From NCBI GenBank assembly GCA_963752285.1, contig CAVVXN010000001.1, positions 576,001 through 640,000 of the forward strand: a DNA stretch of 64,000 nucleotides, in the 5' to 3' direction. The position numbers and the translations under genes are program-made. Below are positions 17,558 to 25,997 of this stretch, in pieces; positions within the stretch are counted from its first letter, which is position 1, and each line of letters starts with the position of its first letter. The notes under the pieces were generated by a model. That model did not search any database, had not been told where the DNA came from, and worked only from the letters and a program-made list of their open reading frames with translations. This stretch comes from an uncultured Planctomycetota bacterium (GTDB lineage: Bacteria; Planctomycetota; PLA2; JAEUHO01).

Positions 17558-19975
17558 TCAGCGCGGGTGCACCACCGGGGCGAGGAGGGTCTCGACCGGC
17601 GCGTCGTCGTCGGTCAGGAGCCGGTGGCCGGTGCGATCGAGGAGCTCGAGCACGTCGCTCTCCGGCGCGACCCACGCTGACGCCCCGAGGACGGTCTCGA
17701 TCGACGCCGGGAGGTCGTCGAGCCGGCGCTTCGAGGCGACGATCACGTAGGTGTCGCGCGCGGTCCGAGGGCGCCGGCGCGTCATCACGCGCACGTCCGG
17801 GAACACGCGCCGGAGCGTCTCGACCATCGCGCCGAGGAAGCGTCCGGGGTCCCACGCGTCCACCACGTTCACCAGGTAGAGGCCGTCGGGCGCCATCGCG
17901 CGGTCGAGGGCGCGGTCGAACTCGAGGGTGGTGAGCTGGAAGGGGACCGCGATGTGGTCGAACGCGTCGCCGATCACCAGCCCGTACGCGCCGGCGCCCG
18001 CCGGGGCGTCTTCCACCCAGGTGCGCGCGTCCTGGTGGACGATCTCGTGGCGGGGGTCGTCCGCGAGACCGAGGTACCGCCGCGCGGTCTCGGTGACCCA
18101 CGGGTCGATCTCGACGGTCGTCACACGCAGGTCGGGCCCGCCCTCGGCGAGCAGGTAGCGCTGGAAGGCGTACGCCCCGCCGCCCAGGAAGAGGCAGCGT
18201 CCATGGTCGCCCGGCGCGCCGAGTCGGTCGAGCACCGCGGCGTACGTGCGCTCGTACTCGTATCCGAGCCAGGCCGGGTCCTCGAGGTCCACGTACCCGT
18301 GCGTGAGCCGGTCGATCCACAGCGTCCGGTACGACTCGTTGGCGTCGCGGTGGAGCGCCTCGACCGACACCTTGCCGGCGGCCGACGTGACGATGTCGAG
18401 GAGTCGCTGGTGCTGGGCCTCGCTCATGGGGCCCCGCCAACGGAGCCGCCCGGCCTCCTCGTCGTAGAGCGCGTGCCAGTCGAGGACCGGGTCGGCCGCG
18501 ATCTTCACGATGTCGAGCTCGTCCGGCATGCGCACGGAGATCTCCGGCTCGGCGACGGCCACCCGGATGCGCGCGTGCCGGCTGTCCTCGAGCGCCACGA
18601 GCTGCTCCGGCTCCTCCACGAGCCCCATCGCGCGTCCGGCTTCGCGGAGCGACGCGAACGGACCCTGGATCAGCATGGCGAGGAGCACGAGCGCCAGGTG
18701 CAAGACGTACGGCTGACGGCCTCGGATCATCCCGCTGACCGACGCGAGGCCGAAGGCGAGGCAGAGGATCAGACGTTCCCGCCCCGCCCACGGGATCAGC
18801 ACGTATCCCACGAGGATCGCGCCGGCGACGGCGCCCAGCGTCCCGATCGCGTAGTACAGGCCGACGACGCGGCCGTCGTCGCGCGGGCGCCCGAGCTCGG
18901 CGCGAATGATCACCGGGGAGAGCGTCCCGAGCGCGATCGAGGGGAGGAGCAGCGCGAGGGTCGTCGCGGCGAGGACCGCGCCCGCCCACGGGACGGCGGG
19001 GTCCTTGCCCCACGTGTTCGCGAGCGAGAGGACCCACGGCGACCAGAGGAGCGACGCCGCGCCGATCGACGCGACGAGGAAGAGCCAGCGGAGAAGGCGT
19101 CGTGGCGGCAGGCGGTCGGCGAGCGCGCCGCCGAGCACGCCACCGATCGCGAGGCCGGCGAGGACGACGCCGATCACCGCGGTCCACGTGTAGATCGACG
19201 CGCCGAGTCGCTCCGACGCCGCGCGCCCGCCGAGCACCTCGAGCGCGAGCACGGCGGCGCCCGCGGCGAACGCGAGGCCGAGCCCCACGCGCCCCGGGAC
19301 CGCCTCCGGGGCCGCCTCGACGGGGGCCGCGTGGACCGCGCGCTGCCGATCCGACCGTGGCGCGACCAGCCCCGCGAGGAGCAGCGCCGTGGCCGTCGAG
19401 AGGAGCACCCCCGAGATCCCGAGGGCGGGCAGGAGGACGTACCCGGCGAGGAACGTCCCGGCGACGCTCCCGAGCGCGCCGGCGGCCGCGAGGGCGCCCA
19501 GCCGGAGCCCCGGCCTCGCTCCGCGCGCGAGCCAGTCGCGCGCCAGGGCCGGCGGCAGCGTGCCGAGGAGCGCGGTCACCGGGAGGAACACGATCGGCAC
19601 GGCGACCAGCGCGCGGAGATCGGGGGAGAGTCCGTGGAACGGCGCGAACGCGAGACCGGCCCAGGCCCGCGTGACGGCCGTGAGGACCGCGGACGCGAGG
19701 AAGAGCGCGGGGAGGAGCCAGGGCCCGCGGCGGTCCGCCGCGCGGCCTCCGAAGCGGTTTCCGAGCGCCAGTCCGAGGAGGAACGTCGCGATCGTCACGA
19801 CCCAGGCGGTCGCGCCGGACCCGACCCGCGGCGCGGCCATGCGCGGCGCGACGATCTCGAGCACCATGGCGGCGGCGCCCGCGAGGGCCGCGAGCGCGAG
19901 GAGGCGCGCGGCGCCGAGGGCCGCGCGCGCGCCGCCGCGCGTCCCGGACGAGGTCCCGATCTCGACGTGCGGCAA
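17558..19975 (-). CDS. Fused MFS-like membrane domain / spermidine synthase-like SAM-dependent enzyme
   Basis: Two homologous membrane halves (GAAAMVLEIVAPR.. and GAAVLALEVLGGR..); LFLGGGAY, VEIDP, DAR, IGDAFD, LLTDDDAPVE; TTG start follows GGAGG. Confidence 0.88.
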   Translation of the reverse strand: MPHVEIGTSSGTRGGARAALGAARLLALAALAGAAAMVLEIVAPRMAAPRVGSGATAWVVTIATFLLGLALGNRFGGRAADRRGPWLLPALFLASAVLTAVTRAWAGLAFAPFHGLSPDLRALVAVPIVFLPVTALLGTLPPALARDWLARGARPGLRLGALAAAGALGSVAGTFLAGYVLLPALGISGVLLSTATALLLAGLVAPRSDRQRAVHAAPVEAAPEAVPGRVGLGLAFAAGAAVLALEVLGGRAASERLGASIYTWTAVIGVVLAGLAIGGVLGGALADRLPPRRLLRWLFLVASIGAASLLWSPWVLSLANTWGKDPAVPWAGAVLAATTLALLLPSIALGTLSPVIIRAELGRPRDDGRVVGLYYAIGTLGAVAGAILVGYVLIPWAGRERLILCLAFGLASVSGMIRGRQPYVLHLALVLLAMLIQGPFASLREAGRAMGLVEEPEQLVALEDSRHARIRVAVAEPEISVRMPDELDIVKIAADPVLDWHALYDEEAGRLRWRGPMSEAQHQRLLDIVTSAAGKVSVEALHRDANESYRTLWIDRLTHGYVDLEDPAWLGYEYERTYAAVLDRLGAPGDHGRCLFLGGGAYAFQRYLLAEGGPDLRVTTVEIDPWVTETARRYLGLADDPRHEIVHQDARTWVEDAPAGAGAYGLVIGDAFDHIAVPFQLTTLEFDRALDRAMAPDGLYLVNVVDAWDPGRFLGAMVETLRRVFPDVRVMTRRRPRTARDTYVIVASKRRLDDLPASIETVLGASAWVAPESDVLELLDRTGHRLLTDDDAPVETLLAPVVHPR

Positions 19976-20218
19976 CGGCGCCTCCGGGGCGGGAGGGTAT
20001 CCCCCGGACGACGCCAGGGCGAGCCGCGGCGGCGCGCTCCCGGTCCGGGGGCGCCGGCCGCGCGGCGGACGCGCCGTCCTCGCGTTTCGGCGGCGTAGCC
20101 GTCCGTGCCGGGGAGAGGACGAGCCGCGGCGTCCAAGGGGGGTCCGCGGCGTCTCGCCCCCTGGCCCCCGCCTTGCGTGGGGAGGCCGACGTCGTACCCC
20201 CGTCGAGCCGCCCGCGAG

Positions 20219-20890
20219 ATGAAGAAGGTCCATTCCTGGCTGGAACACGAGGCGCGGGTCGAGCGCCGGCGCCTCGACGCCGGCGAGCCCGGGATCCGCG
20301 TGGACCCGAAGACGGGCCGTCCCGACCTGCGGTCGGAAGAGGGACGTCTCGAGCTCACGCGACGCCTCACCCGCGCGCAGGTGATCCGGGAGGCCGTGTT
20401 CTGCGCGCGAACGCTCTCGCGCGAGGTCCCGAGCGCACTCGACCCGTTCGCGGTCTTCCTCGAGGACCCGCACGACGACCTCGTGATCGAGGTGCTCGAA
20501 GCGTTCGGACAGTGGAAGGCGGACGCGGTCCTCCCGGCTCTGCTCGCGCTGTACCTCGCGTATCCGGCGCCGGACCGCGTCGCGTCGCGTGCGCTTGCCC
20601 CTCCCGACGCGGCCGACGACGCGGAGCGCCGTGCGTGGACCGCGCGCTTCGGGCATCCCGACAAGCGGCGTCCGCGCCCGCGCGTGGTGGAGGCGCTCCG
20701 CGCGTGCCTTCTCGAGATCACCGGACGTTCGTTCGCGTCGCCGGAGGCGCTGGCCGCGTACGTGGGTCGGGAGGCGCCCCGGATCGACGCGTGTCGAGAT
20801 TTCGGACTTCCTGCCCGAAAGGGGCCGAGATCTTGCGACGCGCCACGTCGGGCGAGCATGCCCCGGACGGCGCGGGACGGCCGTTCCTGA
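20219..20890 (+). CDS. Hypothetical protein, possibly HEAT-repeat-like
   Basis: Amphipathic helices (FLEDPHDDLVIEVLEAFGQW..., CLLEITGRSF); start uncertain. Confidence 0.5.
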   Translation: MKKVHSWLEHEARVERRRLDAGEPGIRVDPKTGRPDLRSEEGRLELTRRLTRAQVIREAVFCARTLSREVPSALDPFAVFLEDPHDDLVIEVLEAFGQWKADAVLPALLALYLAYPAPDRVASRALAPPDAADDAERRAWTARFGHPDKRRPRPRVVEALRACLLEITGRSFASPEALAAYVGREAPRIDACRDFGLPARKGPRSCDAPRRASMPRTARDGRS

Positions 20891-20978
20891 GCCGATCGGC
20901 GCCACACTTCGTCCAACGCTGAGCGCCACGCGCGCTTCGCGGTACGCTCGCACCGACGAGCTCGACGAGGCCCACGCC

Positions 20979-22514
20979 ATGACCCTCACCAAGTCCACGG
21001 GAACCGCGCATCGCCAGAACCCCGCCGCGCGAGAGCAGCTCCTAAGTCTCCGCGCGCGCCGTGGATCCGTTCGAACGCGTGGGCTCTCGGACGAGGTCAT
21101 CGAGCGGTTCCTCGAGCAGGACCCTTCGCTCGCGCAGGCGATCGACCTCGCGTGGCAGGCCGCGCGCGAGTGGGGACGTCGTTACCCGGACCTCCTCGAC
21201 GCCGACGAGGCGGAGCAGATCCGCGCGGTCCAGGACGGGATCGTCAACTTCTACGGCCGGGATCTCGTGAATCCGTACGTGGCCCTCGGCGCCGCGGGCC
21301 CGTGGGTCGTGACGGCGAAGGGGGCCGTGATCCACGACTCCGGCGGCTACGGCATGCTCGGATTCGGGCACACGCCCCCGGCCGTGCTCGAGGCCCTCGC
21401 GCGGCCCCAGGTCATGGCGAACGTCATGACGCCGAGCTTCGCCCAGCTCCGGCTGGTGCGCGCGCTCCGCGAGGAGATCGGGCACCGCCGGGAAGGCGGC
21501 TGCCCGTTCACCGGGTTCCTGTTCATGAACAGCGGGTCCGAGGCCGTGACCGTCGCGGCGCGGATCACGGACGTGAACGCGAAGCTGATGACGGACGAGG
21601 GCGGGCGCTACGCGGGCCGACCGATTCGCCGTCTCGCGTTGCGCGGGGGGTTCCACGGCCGCACCGACCGTCCCGCGCAGTTCTCCGACTCCGCGATGAA
21701 GACGTACCGGGCGAACCTGGCGACGTTCCGCGACCGCGACGCCCTGATCACGGTCGAGCCGAACGACGTGGCGGGTCTCCGGGCCGCGTACGCCGAGGCG
21801 GATGGCCGCGGCGAGCTGATCGAGGCCCTCTTCCTCGAGCCCGTGATGGGCGAGGGCAACCCCGGGATGGCCGTCACGCGCGCGTTCTACGACGTCGCGC
21901 GCACGCTCACCGCCGCGCACGGCTCCCTCCTCCTCATGGACTCGATCCAGGCCGGCTTCCGCGCGCACGGCGTGTTGTCGATCCTGGACTACCCCGGCTT
22001 CGAGGACTGCGAACCGCCGGACTTCGAAACGTACTCGAAGGCGCTGAACGCCGGTCAGTATCCCATGTCGGTCCTCGCCATGACGCCGCGGGCGGCCGAT
22101 CTGTACCGCGTGGGCATCTACGGCAACACCATGACGGCCGCGCCGCGCGCGCTCGCGGTGGCCGCGGCCGTGCTCGAGTCGGTCACGCCCGCGCTCCGCG
22201 AGAACGTGGTCGAACGGGGACGGGAGCTCGTGTCGCTGCTCGAGGACCTCGCGGCGGAGACGGATCTCGCCGGCGCGATCACGAACGTCAAGGGCACGGG
22301 GCTCCTCGTGTCGTGCACGCTCGACGAGAAGCGCTACCGGTCCCACGGCGCGAACAGCACCGAGGAGTACCTGCGCACGCGCGGGATCGGCGTGATCCAC
22401 GGAGGGACGAACGCGCTGCGGTTCACCCCGCACTTCGCCGTCACATCGGGCGAGCTCCGCATGATCGTGGACGCGATCCGCGACGCCCTCGAGAACGGTC
22501 CCCGGCGGGGATAG
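20979..22514 (+). CDS. lat: Class-III PLP aminotransferase, L-lysine 6-aminotransferase type
   Basis: VNFY, GGYGMLGFGH, NSGSEAV, FHGRTDRP, LEPVMGEG, DSIQAG, ETYSKALN (PLP Lys), IHGGTNALRFTPHF; from memory closely resembles Flavobacterium lutescens Lat over its length. Confidence 0.8.
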   Translation: MTLTKSTGTAHRQNPAAREQLLSLRARRGSVRTRGLSDEVIERFLEQDPSLAQAIDLAWQAAREWGRRYPDLLDADEAEQIRAVQDGIVNFYGRDLVNPYVALGAAGPWVVTAKGAVIHDSGGYGMLGFGHTPPAVLEALARPQVMANVMTPSFAQLRLVRALREEIGHRREGGCPFTGFLFMNSGSEAVTVAARITDVNAKLMTDEGGRYAGRPIRRLALRGGFHGRTDRPAQFSDSAMKTYRANLATFRDRDALITVEPNDVAGLRAAYAEADGRGELIEALFLEPVMGEGNPGMAVTRAFYDVARTLTAAHGSLLLMDSIQAGFRAHGVLSILDYPGFEDCEPPDFETYSKALNAGQYPMSVLAMTPRAADLYRVGIYGNTMTAAPRALAVAAAVLESVTPALRENVVERGRELVSLLEDLAAETDLAGAITNVKGTGLLVSCTLDEKRYRSHGANSTEEYLRTRGIGVIHGGTNALRFTPHFAVTSGELRMIVDAIRDALENGPRRG

Positions 22515-22530
22515 GCGATCGCGTTGATTC

Positions 22531-22618
22531 TGCGAGTCGTTCTCTATTGAAACGACTTCGCATTCATTGTCTGAATCTATTGACGCGCGTTGTCGGACGC
22601 CCAGGTCGTGCGTAGCCT
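22531..22618 (+). promoter_or_regulatory. AT-rich operator (imperfect inverted repeat) and sigma70-like promoter upstream of the cytochrome gene
   Basis: TGCGAGTCGTT (22531-22541) pairs with AACGACTTCGCA (22551-22562) with one bulge; TTGTCG (22590-22595)-N17-TAGCCT (22613-22618). Confidence 0.5.
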
Positions 22619-22660
22619 GGGTGCTCCGGGGCGACCCGCCCCGAGGCGCGGAGTCTCACG

Positions 22661-24064
22661 ATGCGTCAACTCGTCCGCCTCGAACGGTTCCTTCCCCTGC
22701 TCGCCGGCGTCGTCCTCGCGCTCGCCCTCGCCGCGTGCGGTGGGGGCGGGGGTGGCGCGAACGGGGGGGACGGCGGCGGCGACGGCGGCGACGGCGGCGA
22801 CGGCGGCGGCAACCCGACGACCCCGCCCGCGACGAACGCGTCGTACATCGTCCTCGCATGGAACGACCTCGGAATGCACTGCGCGAACTCGAGGTTCGAC
22901 AAGGACGTCATCCTGCCACCCTACAACACCATGCACGCGCAGGTCGTGAAGCGCGGGAACCCGCCCGAGATCGTCACGCAGGGCGTCACCGTCGAGTACC
23001 GGATCGTGGGGAACACGACGTCGTACGACAAGGGGGCCTTCGGAGGTTTCTGGGACAACATGCAGGCGCTGTTCGGGGTGAGCCTGCCGCACGACCAGGG
23101 GCTGAACCTCGTCGATCCGAACGTCCACAACAGCCTCGCGGGAACGATGGTCCAGCTCGGCAACGGCTACGAGGTGGACGGGATCCCCTTGACGCCGATC
23201 GACGACCAGCTCGTCTGGAGCCCGTATCAGGTCGCCGAGGTCACGGTCCGCGACGTCGCGCACCAGGTCGTCGCGCGGACGACGGCCATGGCCCCCACCT
23301 CCGACGAGATCAACTGCGCGAAGTGCCACCAGTCGTCCACCTCGCCCAACGCGCCGCACGACCCCTACCTCAAGATCCACGACGACCGCGAGGGGACGAA
23401 CCTCCAGGCGCGGACCGAACCCTTCCTGTGCGCGAGCGCCGGCTGCCACGTGACGCCCGCGCTGGGACAGTCGGCCGTTCCCGGCGTGAAGTACCTGTCG
23501 GAGTCGATCCACTCGTTCCACGGAGCGCTGGACGGGAGCGAACGGCCGGCCTGCTACGACTGCCACCCGGGCGCGACGACCTCCTGCAACCGGAGCCTCA
23601 GGCACACCGCGGCGGACGGCAACTGCACGACCTGCCACGGGAGCCTGCTCCAGGTCGGGACCAGCATTACGGCGGGGCGCGTCCCGTGGGTGGACGAGCC
23701 GAAGTGCGCGACGTGCCACCTCGGGAGCTCGATCCCCGAGGTGGACACGGGGAGCGTGCTCTACCGGAACGCCATCGGGCACGGCGGGCTGTCCTGCCCG
23801 GCCTGCCACCAGAGTCCGCACGCCATGGTCCCGAGCAGCCACGCGACCGACAACGCGCAGGCGATCCAGTACCAGGGCAAGGCCGTCTCGATCGGCTCCT
23901 GCGCCGTCTGCCACGACTCGTCGAAGGGGCACGGGGTCGGGGAGTTCGGCGAGGAGCACGGCGGCACGAACCCGCGCCGCCAGACGGCGTGTCACGTCTG
24001 CCACACGGCCGTGGACGCGACGCCGACGCGGTGGCCGCACCAGTTCAAGTGGCAGGCGCGCTGA
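22661..24064 (+). CDS. Multiheme (8 heme motifs) c-type cytochrome lipoprotein
   Basis: Lipobox LAAC and Gly-rich linker; AWNDLGMHC...ILPPYN N-terminal domain; CAKCH, CASAGCH (CX4CH), CYDCH, CTTCH, CATCH, CPACH, CAVCH, CHVCH. Confidence 0.92.
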   Translation: MRQLVRLERFLPLLAGVVLALALAACGGGGGGANGGDGGGDGGDGGDGGGNPTTPPATNASYIVLAWNDLGMHCANSRFDKDVILPPYNTMHAQVVKRGNPPEIVTQGVTVEYRIVGNTTSYDKGAFGGFWDNMQALFGVSLPHDQGLNLVDPNVHNSLAGTMVQLGNGYEVDGIPLTPIDDQLVWSPYQVAEVTVRDVAHQVVARTTAMAPTSDEINCAKCHQSSTSPNAPHDPYLKIHDDREGTNLQARTEPFLCASAGCHVTPALGQSAVPGVKYLSESIHSFHGALDGSERPACYDCHPGATTSCNRSLRHTAADGNCTTCHGSLLQVGTSITAGRVPWVDEPKCATCHLGSSIPEVDTGSVLYRNAIGHGGLSCPACHQSPHAMVPSSHATDNAQAIQYQGKAVSIGSCAVCHDSSKGHGVGEFGEEHGGTNPRRQTACHVCHTAVDATPTRWPHQFKWQAR

Positions 24065-24343
24065 CGCCGCCAGAGGGGCCCGGAGCGAGGGATCGGCCTC
24101 CACCGCCGGCGCCACGCACCCGGGCCGCCGCGGGCGCCCCGGACGGGGACGTCCGAGCGCCCCGGCTCGGAGGGCCGTCCCGAGCATGGCCCCTGCGGCG
24201 ACGGGGCGCACGGCGCGGCCGGGGCGGCGGATCCTGACGCGGAGCCGGGTCTTCGGCCCGCGCTGTGCGCCACCCCGCGGCGGCGGCCTTGCGGCGGACA
24301 CGGGGCCCCTCCTACGCTCTCGGCACGGCGAACCGGCGAGAGG

Positions 24344-25162
24344 ATGGTGATGATGACGCGCGCGAAGGGCCATCGGGACGCGAGGCGGCGGCGTCGGGTG
24401 TGGGGGCCCTTCCTGGGCCTGGCGCTCCTCAGCCTGGTGTTCATCGGGAATCCCGGGTGCGGCTGCGGCGACGACCTGACCCCGGGCCTCCTCTCCACGC
24501 CCTGCTGCTGCACCTTCGTCTGGTATCCGCAGCCGGACCTCGCCAACGCGTCCGTTGAGATCGTGGTCGTCAACGGGGGCGCGACGCTCTCACCGGTCAT
24601 CACGCCGTCCGCACTCGTGGGCGTGAACACCGACCAGCCGCAGACCTTCACGGTGTGCGTCGCGCCCGACCACGCGCTCGGTGCGCAGGTCGGCATCGAG
24701 TTCCGCGACAGCGGCACGGCGACCGTCTACGGCAGCGCGCAGATCGTCTACAACGTCCAGTGCGTGCCGACCGTCATCGAGGGCGCGAGGACCCCGCTCT
24801 TCAGCCCCAACTGTGGCGGGGTCGGAACCTGCTGCTGCGACCTCGAGTGGACGAACACCTCCCCGGTCGGGGCCACGTTCAACGTCCGCGTGGAGCTTCA
24901 GAACGCCGACGCGTCGCTCGGCGCCACGGTGACGCCGTCGGTCGTCACGAGCGTCGGTCCCATGGGTACCGCCTTGTTCCAGATCTGCGTGAACGAAGAC
25001 CACGACCTCGGCGCGACGATGACCGTCAACATCGTGGACGACGACACGGACCAGGTCCTCGAGTCGGCGTTCCTGAGCTACGACCAGCGCTGCACGATCA
25101 CCCAGGTCCCGCCGCCGCTGGGGCTGGTCGCCTCGTTCAACTTCATCTGCCCGAGCGAGTGA
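24344..25162 (+). CDS. Exported Cys-rich protein with two tandem ~90-100 aa beta-rich repeats
   Basis: Hydrophobic signal followed by GCGCG; repeat CCC..W...TPS...F.(V/I)CV..DH.LGA...SA...Y...C occurs twice. Confidence 0.75.
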   Translation: MVMMTRAKGHRDARRRRRVWGPFLGLALLSLVFIGNPGCGCGDDLTPGLLSTPCCCTFVWYPQPDLANASVEIVVVNGGATLSPVITPSALVGVNTDQPQTFTVCVAPDHALGAQVGIEFRDSGTATVYGSAQIVYNVQCVPTVIEGARTPLFSPNCGGVGTCCCDLEWTNTSPVGATFNVRVELQNADASLGATVTPSVVTSVGPMGTALFQICVNEDHDLGATMTVNIVDDDTDQVLESAFLSYDQRCTITQVPPPLGLVASFNFICPSE

Positions 25163-25213
25163 CCGGGCGGCGGCGGCGGGCCCGGGCGCCCGACCCGGGG
25201 GAGGCGACCGCCG

Positions 25214-25242
25214 GGAACCCCGAGCACCGCGCGGCGTAGGGT
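25214..25242 (+). promoter_or_regulatory. Putative ECF-type promoter GGAAC-N16-CGTA (overlaps a possible TAGGGT -10)
   Basis: GGAAC at 25214-25218 and CGTA at 25235-25238, directly upstream of an ECF sigma gene. Confidence 0.4.
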
Positions 25243-25266
25243 GGGGGGAAGGGAGCCCCCGCCCCG

Positions 25267-25797
25267 ATGGACCCGGACCCGCCCGACGTCTACGCGGTGC
25301 TCCACGGCGCTCCCGCCGCGTACGCCGCGCTGGTGACGCGCCACCAGGGCGCGGTCCGGGCGGTCCTCAGGGGGTATCTGGGGAACCGCACGGGCGTGGA
25401 CGACCTCGCGCAGGAGGTGTTCCTCCGGGCGTGGCGGGCGCTTCGCACGTGGCGGCCGCGCCGGGGCTCGTTCCGTACGTGGCTCCTCGCGATCGCCCGC
25501 AACCGGGCGCGCGACCACCTGCGGCGCGCGCGACGCCGGCCGCGGGAGCTCTCCCTCCCGGCCGACCCCGCGGCGCGTCCCGACCCGGCGCCCGATCCCG
25601 CCCCCCGGCTCGACGCGGCTCTCGCGTCCCTCCCGCCCGAGCGGCGCGTCGTGTTCCTCCTCGCCGACGTGCACGGCGTCCCCCTCGACGAGATCGCGCG
25701 CCTCGAGGACGTGCCCGTCGGCACCGTGAAGTCGCGTCTCGACCGTGCGCGGAAGGCGCTCCGCGCGGCGCTCGAGGCCGCAAGGGGACCGTCATGA
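25267..25797 (+). CDS. ECF sigma-70 factor
   Basis: DDLAQEVFLRAW, SFRTWLLAIARNRARDHLRR, EIARLEDVPVGTVKSRLDRAR. Confidence 0.93.
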   Translation: MDPDPPDVYAVLHGAPAAYAALVTRHQGAVRAVLRGYLGNRTGVDDLAQEVFLRAWRALRTWRPRRGSFRTWLLAIARNRARDHLRRARRRPRELSLPADPAARPDPAPDPAPRLDAALASLPPERRVVFLLADVHGVPLDEIARLEDVPVGTVKSRLDRARKALRAALEAARGPS

Positions 25798-25988
25798 CCG
25801 ACCTGTCCGTCTACGACGCGTGGCTCGACCGCCAGCGGCGCCTCGACGAGGAGGGCGATCTCGCCCCCCGCGTGCTCGAGAACCCGCCGGAGGGCGCGTC
25901 GCCCGCCGCCCACCTCTTCTTCGTCGCGGCGGCGGCGCTCCTCGCCGCCCGCGTGGCCGTTGCCCTCTCGTTCCTGATCACGACGTAG
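25794..25988 (+). CDS. 64-aa protein with a C-terminal TM helix; candidate minimal anti-sigma factor
   Basis: ATG overlaps the sigma stop (ATGA) with an upstream AGGGG RBS; MTDLSVYDAW...HLFFVAAAALLAARVAVALSFLITT. Confidence 0.65.
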   Translation: MTDLSVYDAWLDRQRRLDEEGDLAPRVLENPPEGASPAAHLFFVAAAALLAARVAVALSFLITT

Positions 25989-25997
25989 GAGTCGCCG

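Noticed and set aside
22740..22812. GGC/GAC-rich tandem repeats
   Set aside because: Gly/Asp lipoprotein linker of the cytochrome.
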